A stretch of 62,923 bases of DNA, the filler included, from Squatina squatina (lineage: Eukaryota), in NCBI GenBank assembly GCA_031763465.1. It is 14 parts of one record of this genome, joined end to end, with 100 filler letters (N's around TTAATTAATTAA, not from the genome) between each part and the next. Parts side by side here need not be neighbours in the genome. Positions count along the whole stretch, not along the records: positions 10,711 to 21,564 come from JARFOE010000004.1; positions 21,665 to 26,094 come from JARFOE010000004.1; positions 26,195 to 28,992 come from JARFOE010000004.1; positions 29,093 to 35,423 come from JARFOE010000004.1; 10 more parts are not named here. The stretch is one strand, 5' to 3'. How positions within the stretch are numbered: the stretch's first letter is position 1; the number at the start of each line of letters is the position of its first letter. Under the pieces are notes generated by a model, which did not search any database, was not told the origin of the DNA, and saw only the letters and a program-made list of their open reading frames with translations. Positions 21,323-34,714 of the stretch are shown in pieces. Both the position numbers and the translations under genes were made by a program.

Positions 21323-23623
21323 GTAAGCATCTTGTGTTCCAGTAGTGTCCTTGGTTATGCTGGGTTTTTCTATTGTTTTCAGATCCAGCAATTTTAAACT
21401 TTGAATTAAAATAGCAGATACTGCTCTTCTCTCAGATAAATTTTGAGATGATTTAATAATTTTAGGTTTTCCAAAAGCTTAATCAAATGGGTAATTGTGG
21501 TTTGATGTGCGCTCTTTCAGAAATTGTATTTAAGGATATTCTTCCTATTGTATTACTAGATTTANNNNNNNNNNNNNNNNNNNNNNNNNNNNNNNNNNNN
21601 NNNNNNNNTTAATTAATTAANNNNNNNNNNNNNNNNNNNNNNNNNNNNNNNNNNNNNNNNNNNNTTCCAGGTTTGCATTAGTTACTGGTTCAACTTTTTT
21701 GACTTGCTTAATAAGGTTAGAGGTTCTTTTAAAACCGAAATAGGCAAAAATATATACTGTTAAATTGCCTGTGGAATTTTCTGTTAGATGACATAGAAGG
21801 ATGTTTTTTTAAATATATAAGATTATAACTGAGTTGGCAGAGAGACTTTAACTTGCTCTCCAGTCACTTAGTGGCCAGAAAGTGCAGTTACATTGTGACA
21901 GTTGACAGATTCCAGCATCTGCAGTATTTCGCTTTGTATTAAGACAGTTGACCTAGTAGAACTAAATGGGAAATGTTGGCATAGTAAGTTTCAGTGGTAA
22001 ATGTTGACAGGAAGTCATGAGGACGACCAAAACTAATTTGGGTATAACCAGAGTAAAAGTGAGATTGAATTACTACAAAATATTGGATGATTTCGACTAA
22101 GCTTGAAGAGAAAGACATTGCCTAACTCTGTTATCCAGATCATAGTGAAATTCTTTGTCATTTGTTCAATGTTTAAATTCTAATGGACAACTATCCTCAC
22201 ATTGGAGGAGGGCCAAGTTAGCCTAAGGACACTGTCCCTTTAAGAAATTGCAGCCATGTGTGGTCAAGATTTAAGTTTTTGTTACTTTCTAAGTTTATAA
22301 AGTGCTTTGCATATGATAAATCACTTGTGCCATCTTCAGTTGGCTCTTGTTGACTTATCCAAGGCCAGTAACTTATTTTCCACACACTGTTGTTTTAGTG
22401 AAGGTGAGGGTCCACTAAGGTTTCCCTTTCCAGGGGCTGCTCTTGCCTTAAAACTGCTACAGGCTGAATACAAATCCATCTTTACCATTCACTCCATTAT
22501 AGACATAGGGTGGTTCTCAGGCCACCCTTTATTTTGCTAAAAACTTTAGTGTGTCACTTTGACTACATCCTCCTGCTCCCGAATGTCCATTAGCAGGAGT
22601 TGGTTTTTTTTGTATCTACTGTGTAAATAGTCATCAATTCACACCGCTGGATTGGCCTTGTTCACATGCAGCAGCTTGCTGAAATCGGCTGAGTGTCTTC
22701 AGCTTTCACAGCCAATATAGTGGGTTTCTTAAAAACTATACACATTGAAACATTCAAGAGTAGCATACCACTAAAATACACATACTGTGCACACCAGGAG
22801 CTTTTTGTAAAAACAAGAACATAACAACTAACCATTGAGTTATGTTCAAGCTTGTGTTTGTGCCAGTTAAAGAAAAATTGATGCCAAGAGAGCAGAGAGA
22901 AAATCCTGGGACTGAACACTGTCTTCGCAGGGTTGTTAACACCAGTGAGTGTTGAATTAGCAGATAGGACTATAGAGGCTTCATTATTTTAGGCTGATGA
23001 TCCCTGTAATGCATGTATGTCAGTGCCCTTCATTTATTCCACAATAATGAGTGTAAGTTGGTGACTGATGCAGAACTTGTACAGCCTGTAGTTAATTTAA
23101 GATGGACACTGCATTTAATGACCTTCAAATGTAAACTTCCCTCTACCTGCCCTGTGTACCTGTTCCTAGTTGGTCTTTTTTTTGGGAAGGAAGTGAAGAA
23201 AGGAATTGGCTTATGGTGCAAACTTCTACCAAATTACTGCGATCTAGATTGCCATAAGTTTGTAATTTATCACTGAGGTTCTTTCATCTTGGACTTGTAC
23301 CTGGTTGATGCTTAACAGTTTGCATCTTTTAAATTGACCACATTTTATGTACTGGCCTTTCACCTTTTATGATGGTTTGTCTCTAGGTTGACTTTGTTAA
23401 TTCAGTATGATCATATTTAAACTGGGTTTTATTTTGGGAGGGGAGGAGAAGGGCACAGAGAACCCCCCAAAAAATAATTATTTCAATGTTTTGGGATGTC
23501 CTCTAAATGTCCTCGCTGAATGTNNNNNNNNNNNNNNNNNNNNNNNNNNNNNNNNNNNNNNNNNNNNNNNNNNNNNNNNNNNNNNNNNNNNNNNNNNNNN
23601 NNNNNNNNNNNNNNNNNNNNNNN

Positions 23624-23870
23624 GGTATATCTGTTTTGGAGGGAGATGACCACAGGGGACTCCTGCACTACCTGCCTTCTTCTACTCTGCCTAGTGGTCA
23701 GCCATTGCCCTTCTGCCTGTGTAACCTTCACTTGCGGTGTGACCAACTAAACGTGCTATCCACGACGTCCTCAGCATCGCGGATGCTCCAGAGTGAATCC
23801 AACCACAACTTCGGCCGCTCAATACGGTCTGCTAGGAGCTGCAGCTGGACACACTTCCTGCACACGACAG
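23624..23870 (-). mobile_element. CR1 LINE ORF1 fragment
   Basis: WLTTRQSRRRQVVQESPVVISLQNRYT resembles the region upstream of the CR1 ORF1 esterase. Confidence 0.7.
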
Positions 23871-24959
23871 TAAGCATGGATCAGAACCCTTCAACAGGTG
23901 GACAGTAAGGACCAGGAATCCCTGACGAATGGCATGGTGACCATAGTTCACCATCAGTTACCTGAGTTCATTGCGACCATCCTTAGCACAGCATAAATAC
24001 ACACCATATCTCATTAACTGCTCTGCAACCCCAACCACTATAGGTACTGAACCCTGCACATGTATTTGCAAATATGAACTCCAGATAAAACATTCCTACA
24101 ACTATTGTTTCAAAACTCAGGTTCCTCAGTAGCTGTACTACAGGCCTTCAGCAAGGTGGCAGGAAGTGTACAGAATGCCTTGCAACGGTCTAATGCTGCA
24201 TTGGAGGCTTATTCATCAACTGTGAAAGGCTTTGCTAGCAATGTATCTGCCATAAGGCTGACTCCCACCTCCAATGTGCTCACTGGCAGATTAGTGTAGA
24301 CCAAAGCCCTTCCATCCTGCAACTGTTCACTCTTTTTTAAACCATGGCTTGGATCTCTAATCACCTACAGTGAGTAGTCTGAAAAGGTTTCTGAGCATTC
24401 ATCTTAATTATTTTCATTAAGATTTTCCAGCAAATATTAAAGAACAAAACACATTCAAAACACCAAACATTAAATGTATTTTGTTTAATAATACAATCTA
24501 GAAAATTGTTTAGAAACATCTTTATATACAGTGGTATAACCCCTAAAACTTAAAGGTCAGTAACACATACTCACCTGCCATTCCCTCTGATCATGTTTAG
24601 CGCACCTAATGTTCATCTCAATCCCATGTACAAGGTTATTAAATTCCCTTCCTTTCTTCCTGGACCATCTAAATTTATTCATGGCTTCAGTGAAGGAAAG
24701 GTCCTTGTACTTCTTGGGGCTTTTGATGATAAATGGCCACGTCCTTGATACAGAAAAGAAATATTTGAATGTAATTTGTAGAACAAACACTTTTTCCTTT
24801 ATATCTCTATCCAGTTATATTATAAAGTAATTGGATATTAGCTGTTGCTAGTACAAAGTGTGCTCGTGTTAATCATATGCAGAATTTACAATATTAACTA
24901 TTTCTCCCAGTAGGTTACTACACTAGCTTTGTGTTGATGATAAAATGATAAAATGACAA

Positions 24960-26094
24960 CCAACAACAGCTTGTATTTATATAGCAGTTTTAATGTAGTG
25001 AAACATCCCAGGGTGCTTCACAGGAGTGTTATGAGACAAAATATTTGACACCAAGCCACATAAGAAGAAATTCTAAGAAGTAGGTTTTATGGATCACCTT
25101 TAAGGAGGAAAGAGAGGTAGAGAGGCAAAAAGGTTTAGGCAGGGAATCCCAGAGCTTAGGACCTAGGCAACAGAAGGCACGGCCACCAATGGTTGGGCAA
25201 TTATAATCAGGGATGCTCAAAAGGGCAGAATTAGAGGAGCTCAGACATCTCAGGGGTTGTGGGCTGGAGGAGATTACAGAGACAGGGAGGTGAGACCATG
25301 GAGGGATTTGAAAACAAGGATGAGAATTTTGAAATCGAAGCATTGCTTAACCGAGAGCCGAAGTAGGTCAGCGAGCACTGGGGTGACGGGTAAGCAGGAC
25401 TTGGTGCGAGTTCAGACATGGGCAGCCGTGTTTTGGATCAACTCTAGTTTACATAAGGTAGAATGTGGGAGGCCAGCCAAGGGTGTGTTGGAATAGTCAA
25501 GTTTAGAGGTAACGGGCATGGATGACAGCTTCAGTAGCAGATGTGCTGATGCTCGGATGGAGACGGGCGATGTTACGGAGGTAGAAATAGGCAGTCTTAG
25601 TCATGCTGTGGATATGTCATCGAAAGCTCATTTCAGGGTCAAATATGACACCAAGGCTGGTTCAGCCTCAGACAGAAGTTGGGAGGGGAATTGAGTCAGT
25701 GGTTTGGGAACAGAGTTTCAGGCAGGGACCGAAAACGATGGCTTCACTCTTCCCAATATTCATTTGGAGCAAATTTCTGCTCATCCAGAACTGGACGTTG
25801 GACAAGCAGTCTGACAATTTAGAGACCGTGGAGGGGACGAGAGGATTGGTGGTGAGGTAGAGCTGGGACATGTGGAAACTGATGTGTTTTCGGATGATGT
25901 TGCCAAGGAGCAACATGTAGGCGAGTAATAGGAAGGGGCTAAGGATAGATTCTTGGAGGGACACCAGAGGTAACGATGTGGAGGCGGGAAGAAAAGCCAT
26001 TGCAGGTGATTCTCTGGCTATGATTAGATAGATAAGAATGGAACCAGGCGAGTACAGTCCCACCCAGTTAGACAATGGTGGAGAGGCGTTGGAG
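24960..26094 (-). mobile_element. L2 LINE 3' portion (decayed RT C-terminus and tail)
   Basis: SQLYLTT...LSDCLSNVQFWMSRNLLQMNIGKSEAIVFGP and IGGRAFCCLGPKLWDSLP; tail GCTATATAAATACAAG followed by GTT repeats. Confidence 0.9.
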
Positions 26095-28129
26095 NNNNNN
26101 NNNNNNNNNNNNNNNNNNNNNNNNNNNNNNNNNNNNNNTTAATTAATTAANNNNNNNNNNNNNNNNNNNNNNNNNNNNNNNNNNNNNNNNNNNNAATGTT
26201 GCGCGTTACGCGTTCATTTAAAAAGAGAAGTACAAGTTCCCATCACAGTATTGTTTGTAAATGTTCACATCTTTGTCGTTTCATCTACTGTACTTTGCTA
26301 AAACTATAACACTTAAAAAGAACTCAATTCATTTTCAAGGAGAAATATTTCTACTATGCGAATGTTTTTACAATTTTAAGATGTCACCCTCCGCATCAGA
26401 TTCTGACTCCGACAGTTTATGAAGACTCACATTATTGTATTTCTTATAATTTAAGAATAATTTAGTTGTTACTGCCTATATGATTCCAACAGGGATCAAA
26501 AGTTTGATTCTAATCTATGTTCAGTTCAATTAACTCAGTTTAACTACATATATTCCATTGCCTTTCAAAGCAGTGCACCAATTTAAGGCATCTAAACACT
26601 GATTAGAATCTTGCCCCAGGATACTGACAATAAATATTCAGTTCCAGCAAATGATTTTTTTTTCTGAAATTCTCAAAAGACTTACTGTATTGAAGCAATA
26701 CAAATATTGCATTCATGAGAATGATAGTGCTATAAAACTCACACATGTTCCCCAGATGTAAAGCCATTCAAACTAGATTTTTAATGCCAGAGCAACTTAT
26801 TTTCAAAATCTGTCAACAGCATTAAAGTATGTGATAGAGAATTTGGGCTATTATTATATGGGAAATAGTTAATACAGCTGTTTTGACATTATTTGATACT
26901 CAAGTTACTAAACAAAGTTTCTTCAAACAACCTAACAATTAGCTGTTACCTATTTTATGCTCACACTTTACTGAGTAGATTGCATTTAACTTAACCTCAT
27001 CTGCTGTCAAGTGCTTGACTCCATTCATAAGCTAGACTGGAAACTGGCAGAGGAACTGAGGAAACTAAGCTGGACATATTAAAGGAAACTTACAGATTTT
27101 AATTTGCGTCATATCTAGTACTTCTGATTAAAACAGTAATAACCAAATTTTGGTACTTTTCTTGTATATTTGTGTATGTTCTACTATCTATGAATAAAAC
27201 ATACTTTAGCAACATTTTGGTAATTAGCAAAACTAATACCTGAGCCTTGATTTTGGTGTGGAGCATTTATTGGGCCAGTGGTGGATAGAACAATTGTACC
27301 GGCCACCCGATGAGATCAGCACAAAGCCCGAACCATGTAGATGGTCGGGCCTTAGTTAGACATGACAAGCAAGCTACCAGAGCGAATTGCACTGCTCATA
27401 GGCAGTTCACAGTTTGGGAGAGCATTTGGTCCTGATGATTCTTAAATCCAGTCTAAATCTCTTTTTAGTGGTGATTTGTGGAAAACATGTTTGTATGAGC
27501 TGAAAGAAGAATGTCAACAGCCAGGCACCCTATTTTTACAATGTTGCCATGGAGAGGCTGGTGGAGTCAGGCCCAGGAAGGAAGTCCTCTTCCTCGAACT
27601 AGAGCAGAGTGGCTAAAAGGATTCCCGTCTTTTAATGTAGTTAGTACCTCCTTGAGCTACCTGAAAGTTACACAGCAATTACAATAAAAACAGATTCTTC
27701 TGCCAACAAAAAAAAATGTGAGTAAGATGTCTACCTAACAATTTCAGTGATCAAATGACAGTAGGGGTCAAACTGGTCCTTTATCACCCATGAATAGCAA
27801 GCATGTTTAAGAAGCAGTAGAGGCAGTGTCAGCTCATTCTAAGATGGCATCAGGATCCTAAAGACATTATGTACCCCAATTTTTCTGAAAAATAAAGAAA
27901 ATAAACTATCACTCGTAGTTCTCTATTTATAGAGGGAAAGAATACAGAAACACATTAATTTTATCATAAGCAAGGGATTTCATACCATGACAGCAACTNN
28001 NNNNNNNNCAAGTCGGCAATTTGTATTTTTACTGTGATTTTCATCCCACTGCCACCCAATTCACTCTGAAAAATAGGGCAAAAGGGAAATGTCGGAGCTG
28101 AGAAAATGAAAAGACAAGTAATCCATTTG

Positions 28130-28992
28130 GTTACTTATAACTTCTCTTTTCCACGACTGTCTGTCTGCTCCTAACATCTTCCACTGCACTTCCCATCTTC
28201 ATCTCAGACACCACATGCAACATGCTTGTAAACTTTCCCATGTTCAAAATAGAGGGCACCTACTTTACTTCTGTTCCTTGTAACCCATCCCCCTTCCAGC
28301 CCTCTTCTCTACTCACTCTCCCTCCAGGCACCCCTCTATTCCATAGTTTCTGTTTCATCTCTGTCCCACCATCATTAAACTTAGCTCATTCACGAAGTCG
28401 ATTACCTGCTCTTGAGCTCCTCCGGTCCAAGTTCCTGACCATCCAACTTCTTCCTCTTAGCCTTTTGCTTGCTCACATTATGAGCTGATCTTTATCCTCT
28501 GGCATCGTGCCCACCTCCTTAAAAATACTTTAACCCCTTCCATTTTCATTGCCACCTTATCACAACTGTTTTTCACCTCAAAGGCTTAAATGTATCATTG
28601 CTCTCCTTTCCTACTACTGTACTCTGTTTCAGACGCCACAATCTGATTTTCACAGCATAAAAAATTGCTCATTAAAATTGCTAACAACATCTTTGTGACT
28701 GACCACCATCCGCTGTATCTCCTCAGCCTTTTCCTCTCTGCTACCTTTGACGCTATTGAGTATTCTACCTTTCTCCAGCATTTGTCTTGGGCAGTTCACT
28801 TTAGTAACACTGGTCTCTCCTGGTTCTATTCATGCCTGTCCCAACACTACATATCCTGCAATGACATCTCCTGTTGGCACGCAGTAGCACACCAGTGCAG
28901 CCCAGGGCTCCATTCTTGGTCCTCTTATCATCTATGTTATTTCTAGACGACATCATCCAAAAGTATGGGATTAAGCACCATATGTACGCCGA
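28130..28992 (+). mobile_element. Old L2 LINE RT fragment
   Basis: Decayed LIKIANNI...LSATFDAIEY and a KHHMYAD-like end next to the linker. Confidence 0.7.
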
Positions 28993-29882
28993 NNNNNNNN
29001 NNNNNNNNNNNNNNNNNNNNNNNNNNNNNNNNNNNNTTAATTAATTAANNNNNNNNNNNNNNNNNNNNNNNNNNNNNNNNNNNNNNNNNNNNTGAATGCA
29101 GAACCGTCTGACTTCAAGTCAAGACTGCAACCACTAAGTCAAGTTGACACGTAAAACTGCAATTACACCTCCACATTAATCCATGTCTAAATCTGCACCA
29201 TATTGCAGACAGAAGGATGTAGCAGATATGATGGTTGGGATAATTCTTACTCTCTGGCAGTTACTAATTCCTCAACATCAATCTTTATACAACAGAAATT
29301 CAAACTCATTGCATTGGTTTTTGCATAGAAAATAGATTTTCTAGATTTCAAATATTCATTCATTACATCATTGCTCAGCCATGCTCATTTCACAATTTCC
29401 CACGCAACTTGTTTCAGCATTGTCCACATTATTTGCATATGCTGCAATACTTACTTATTGAACTTCACATATTTGTCTGGGTATGTTCCATTTATTTTAA
29501 CCTCCGATCCAGGCCAGAAGAAGGTACCTGCTTTCAAACCCTGATACATAGCGGTCAGCCACAACTATGGGAAGAACAAAAGTATATTTAATACACCATT
29601 ATGTGATCAGTTAATTCATGTAAAAATTGTTAAGATGGTAGAACTCAGTGGTGCAGTACATTGGAACATTGCCCTTTCACCCTTGTGGCATATGGAGCCC
29701 TTTTTTGNNNNNNNNNNNNNNNNNNNNNNNNNNNNNNNNNNNNNNNNNNNNNNNNNNNNNNNNNNNNNNNNNNNNNNNNNNNNNNNNNNNNNNNNNNNNN
29801 NNNNNNNTTTACTGAATCTTTATTATGAATGTACTTCAAGAACATCTGAGTCAACTATTTTATTTAAACAAACCTTTCACAG

Positions 29883-29970
29883 TATGTTTATGGACACAGC
29901 TGAAGATGAGAAAACCAAGCTGATCAGTTGCCTTGGAGCTTTCAGACAACTGTGGGCGAATCTTCCTCAG
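29883..29970 (+). CDS. MED23: MED23 exon (MFMDTAEDEKTKLISCLGAFRQLWANLPQ)
   Basis: AG/GT bounded, 88 nt, matches the human MED23 N-terminus. Confidence 0.96.
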
Positions 29971-30090
29971 GTGAGAATCCAAATATGATTGATTACTTAA
30001 AGTATAGTATATTTCCATTTCCAGATACTTTTTTTTCAAACTTCATAAAGTTCTGCAAATGATATAGTGATGCATATTTTTAAATGTCAG

Positions 30091-30215
30091 GAATCTCATG
30101 AACAGTGTGTGCAGTGGATTGTTCGCTTCATCCATGGACAGCACAACCCCAAGAGGATTTCCTTTCTGTATGACTGCTTGGCTATGGCAGTTGAAAGCGG
30201 GTTGCTGCCTCCCAG
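30091..30215 (+). CDS. MED23: MED23 exon (ESHEQCVQWIVRFIHGQHNPKRISFLYDCLAMAVESGLLPPR)
   Basis: AG/GT bounded, 125 nt, in phase with its neighbours. Confidence 0.97.
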
Positions 30216-30446
30216 GTATAACTGAAAGAAGAAAGCAAGATCTTTTAACTATTTGTAACATAAGTGATTAACGTGTAGCGTAAAGTCAAATATGTAATAT
30301 TACAGGATTTGATCAAATTCCATTGCTGTAGTTTACTGTTTTCTGTGAATATATTACATGTTCCCTTATCCTCACTTTCCATTTCATTCTCTTCACTGCT
30401 TTCAAATCTGACAGTGGCTGGCTGCTGTGGCTTTTTGCTGTGTTTT

Positions 30447-30815
30447 TAGAAACATAGAAAGTAGGAGTAGGCCATTCGGCCCTTCGAGCCTGCTCCGCCA
30501 TTCAATATGATCATGGCTGAGCCTCTATCTCAACGCCATATTCCTGCTTTCTCCCCATTCCCCTTGATTTATCTCCTTCTTGAATATACTTAGTGACCCG
30601 GCCTCCACAGCCTTCTGTGGTAGAGAATTCCACAGGTCCACTACCCTCTGTGTGAATTTTTTTTTTCTCATCTCAGTCCTCAATGGCCTACCCTGTTATC
30701 CTGAAACTGATCCCTGGTACTAGACTCCCCAACCAGGGGAAACATCTTCCCTGCATCTAGTCTGTCTTAGCCCTGTCAGAATTTTATGTTTCAGTCAGAT
30801 CCCCTCTCATTCTTC
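30447..30815 (-). mobile_element. CR1 LINE 3' end in MED23 intron
   Basis: Plus strand reads AGAAACATAGAAAGTAGGAGTAGGCCATTCGGCCCTTCGAGCCTGCTCCGCCATTC, the reverse of the CR1 tail. Confidence 0.88.
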
Positions 30816-32744
30816 NNNNNNNNNNNNNNNNNNNNNNNNNNNNNNNNNNNNNNNNNNNNNNNNNNNNNNNNNNNNNNNNNNNNNNNNNNNNNNNNNNNNN
30901 NNNNNNNNNNNNNNNGTGATTCCCTCTACTTTATACTCTGCTTTACTATAATATCTTGGGGTGAGTTATATTGTGAAACGGCGCTAACTGCTGCTGTAAA
31001 ATCCGTCTCCCGGGATTTTATGTAACAAGGAGAGTTTATTCTATCCCGGTACAAGTTTTAAATGTCCCAGTGCTCCTAGTTTTTAGGGGAGGGGAGTCTT
31101 TCGCTTTATCACCCATTAAACTGGCTCGACATTTATTTCAGGTGTAACTGGGCTGACAGTTTTTGGGGAATTTTCAGAAGTTCTGTCCCTGAGCAGGGCC
31201 TCTCACTCTGGGCGGATCATGGGAAATTCCTGGGTTCACTGTCCCCGGTTTACCCAGGACCCGCCCGCTGTGCGCCACTGGCCTGTGTGTGTCTGTGCTC
31301 CGGGGCTAATACCCTACAACAGGGTAGATTGGAACCTTTTTAATCGGCAGATTTCAGATCCTGAATGTCAGTCTTGTCTTAATGTTCAGGACTGTGAATA
31401 ATTGTAAACATTCACAGCTGAAAGCATTCTCGATTCCCCAATATTCCCAATCCAGGAAACTTCCCCCCTCGACAAGACAGACCCTGCACGTTATTGGAGT
31501 AAATATCGAACTGTTAGTGATTTAAACTCAGGTTTCTGTCCTGTTTCCAGTTGAAATGGTGGACGTGGAAAACATTTTAAATTAATTTTATCTTTGCTGC
31601 CGGATTATTTTTTATGTTTACATTCCACTGTCCAGCCCTATTAAATATATATTGTAATTAAATTATCAGTCTCTCAGTGACCTGTATTTACTGATCCGAT
31701 AAAGGCTGTAAAATCCCTACTTGTTCACAAGGATCTTTCTAGATCCTCCAGTCCTTGGAGAATCACTAACTGATCCTCTTATTGTTCATTATATTTATGT
31801 TGAATCTGCTTCACTGGTTTTACTGAACTGTTTATTTCCCTTCATTACGGAGCAACAACACGATCCATGACTGTTGAACAGTTTTTATCAGACAGATGAG
31901 GCTTTGTGCACCAGGAGGCATCTTTCTCATTCCATAAAGGAATAATCCAGAGCAAAGCCCTCTAGTGGCATATTCCTTGAGTATTTTGAGACAAGCCTCA
32001 CAGTATCTCTTTAATTTGTATTAAAATCTGGTTAGGATGTCTGTATTACTATAGTGTGCATTTGACATTGATTGATTTGTGCTGTTATGTGACGCAACAG
32101 CAGTTTGGGCAGCGCAGCAGCTGTTTACCAGTTCCCCATGTGCTGCTCAAATTACAACTCAAGACTTCTGATACACCATCTAAAAATGCTTTCCAGTGAA
32201 AAATACCAATCTCACTGAATAAATGGCAAGTTGGTTAAAAAGAAAGAATGCCTGAAAGATAAATTCAAATGTAATGGGAATGTCTGTTCTCAGCGCTGCA
32301 TCCTGACACTTTAAACAGCTGAGTAGCATGCAGATCAGACAATCTCCTTGCATTTGAAATTAACCTTTCAGCATTCTTTCTAATCCTCTCTTAGCAAAGG
32401 GTTCTTCATTCTTCCCAGCTCAAACTGTGAATAGAACCACAGGTGTGAAATAGAGCATGTTAGATATGTTGGTTAACAACAGCGTTTGATCCACTTATTT
32501 GACTACTATAAGAAGTGATCCTTAAAAATTGAGATTAATTTTCTCTAGAAATAGGATGCTTTGAGCAACACTTTCACTATTGATATTCTAAATTGTAACT
32601 GCAGATCCTGCAAGCTGTGTATTAGTTCACATTTATGTAATAACAATAGTTCTGTGGTACGTGAAAGTAAAAATAGTTAGTGCTATTTTGTGGCATCGTT
32701 TTTAATAGAAAATTCCAAAGTGCTTTTCTGTATTTGTTTACCAG

Positions 32745-32856
32745 ACTGGTCTGTGAGTCTTTAATCAACTCTGAAAATCTGGAATGGGAGCGAATGCAGC
32801 TTTGGGCTCTAACGTTTAAACTAATTCGAAAAATAATAGGTGGCGTTGACTACAAG
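32745..32856 (+). CDS. MED23: MED23 exon (LVCESLINSENLEWERMQLWALTFKLIRKIIGGVDYK)
   Basis: AG/GT bounded, 112 nt. Confidence 0.97.
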
Positions 32857-33071
32857 GTACTGTACAAGTAACTGATCAAATCACTTTGGTGTTAGGAACA
32901 TGAGAATTTCTAATTCTGCATTGTGAAGCTATAATTTACATTTACATTATGCTGATTAAATGTGCGATTTATTTATTTTCACTTAAGATGAAATAGTACC
33001 TCTAAGTTTATTAGATAAGAATACAAATTATAATTTGTTTTTACAGCTGTTGTATTAGAACTTTAAATAAT

Positions 33072-34139
33072 GGGCAGTAATTTGCGGTCAGCGGCGAAGC
33101 GACAGCAATCGCCATTGACCGACCTCGAAGAAAGCTGCCCTCAGAGATGGCAAACACTTTAGTGTCCTCGATGTGAAATTGATTGCAGCACTGTCAAACG
33201 GGGAACTCCAGCGAAGAGCAGCAGTGAGGTCATCAAGCTGTCAAAACAGCCAATCACATTGAAGAATTCTCTCAGACAGCAAACCAGTAAACGAAAAGCA
33301 CTGATTATCTGCACTTTTTTAAAATGTTAGAGAGTGATATAAAGATTGGGACATACACATAGGGTTAAGGTAGAAGCTAAAATATCAAACTTTACAAAAA
33401 AAAATTAACCTAATCATGTAGAAATTTGACATTCCATAAGAAGTAGGAGCAGGAGTAGGCCATTCGGCCCATCGAGCCTGCTCCGCCATTCAATTAGATC
33501 ATGGCTGATACGACATTTCTCAATTCCACCTCCCCGCCTTCTCCCCATAACCCTTGATTCCCTTACTGATTAGAAATCTATCTATCTNNNNNNNNNNNNN
33601 NNNNNNNNNNNNNNNNNNNNNNNNNNNNNNNNNNNNNNNNNNNNNNNNNNNNNNNNNNNNNNNNNNNNNNNNNNNNNNNNNNNNNNNNNNNNNNNNNNNN
33701 NNNNNNNNNNNNNNNNNNNNNNNNNNNNNNNNNNNNNNNNNNNNNNNNNNNNNNNNNNNNNNNNNNNNNNNNNNNNNNNNNNNNNNNNNNNNNNNNNNNN
33801 NNNNNNNNNNNNNNNNNNNNNNNNNNNNNNNNNNNNNNNNNNNNNNNNNNNNNNNNNNNNNNNNNNNNNNNNNNNNNNNNNNNNNNNNNNNNNNNNNNNN
33901 NNNNNNNNNNNNNNNNNNNNNNNNNNNNNNNNNNNNNNNNNNNNNNNNNNNNNNNNNNNNNNNNNNNNNNNNNNNNNNNNNNNNNNNNNNNNNNNNNNNN
34001 NNNNNNNNNNNACCACAACTTCAGGATTTCCACATTTAGCTGCGCATGCGCTAAATCCTGAAGTTACGGTCTATTTCAGAGGGGTAATGACGGCGAATGC
34101 TGACAGTTTGCCGTCATTACCCACTGCAAAATCCGGACC
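33072..34139. mobile_element. Non-autonomous DNA transposon (MITE-like) with subterminal hairpins, interrupted by a CR1 tail and a gap
   Basis: Left end GGGCAGTAATTTGC versus right-end reverse complement GGTCCGGATTTTGC, with inverted repeats just inside both ends. That the two halves are one element is an inference. Confidence 0.5.
33436..33587 (-). mobile_element. CR1 LINE 3' tail
   Basis: CATAAGAAGTAGGAGCAGGAGTAGGCCATTCGGCCCATCGAGCCTGCTCCGCCATTC. Confidence 0.88.
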
Positions 34140-34259
34140 GGTGTGTGTTGTGTCTGAGCTAATGTAGATTTGGAGAAGTGTTAAGGGACATTGGGTTAGT
34201 GCACTTTAAGGAACGTTTGTCAATATTCATCTTTAAATTACTGTTTAATTTTTTTTTAG

Positions 34260-34358
34260 GGTGTAAGAGACCTGTTGAAAGCAATTCTAGAGAAAATTCA
34301 AACTATTCCTAACACAGTCAGCTCTGCTGTTGTACAGCAATTACAAACAGCCAAAGAT
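34260..34358 (+). CDS. MED23: MED23 exon (GVRDLLKAILEKIQTIPNTVSSAVVQQLQTAKD)
   Basis: AG/GT bounded, 99 nt. Confidence 0.96.
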
Positions 34359-34580
34359 GTAAGTTTCTGGTAAAGCTTTTCCAGTCTTTAAAGCTAATCT
34401 TAAAAAAAAATCAGTTTACTACTGATTAATTTTGTTGATAGATTTCTGCTAAACTTTACTGGCAAAATAAAAAAAAAACTTGCAAGCCAAATGGTTACAC
34501 CTGACTCCGGGCGAGGGTTTAGGAGAAGATCTACAGGTTGCTGTGCACTGAAGCTTACAGATCATCAAAAAATGGTCATT

Positions 34581-34714
34581 GGGGTGGATTCGGACTGTGT
34601 TGCTTAACGTAAAACGGGCGATTGAATGGAAATGAAAATCGGGAGAAATGTGAAACGGGCTGCCGATTCGCTCTTGGCCGATTTACTCTATTGCACAAAG
34701 TCAGAATCTATCCC
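34581..34714. mobile_element. ~134-bp MITE with imperfect terminal inverted repeats
   Basis: Left GGGGTGGATTCGGACTGTG; right reverse complement GGGATAGATTCTGACTTTG. Confidence 0.55.
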
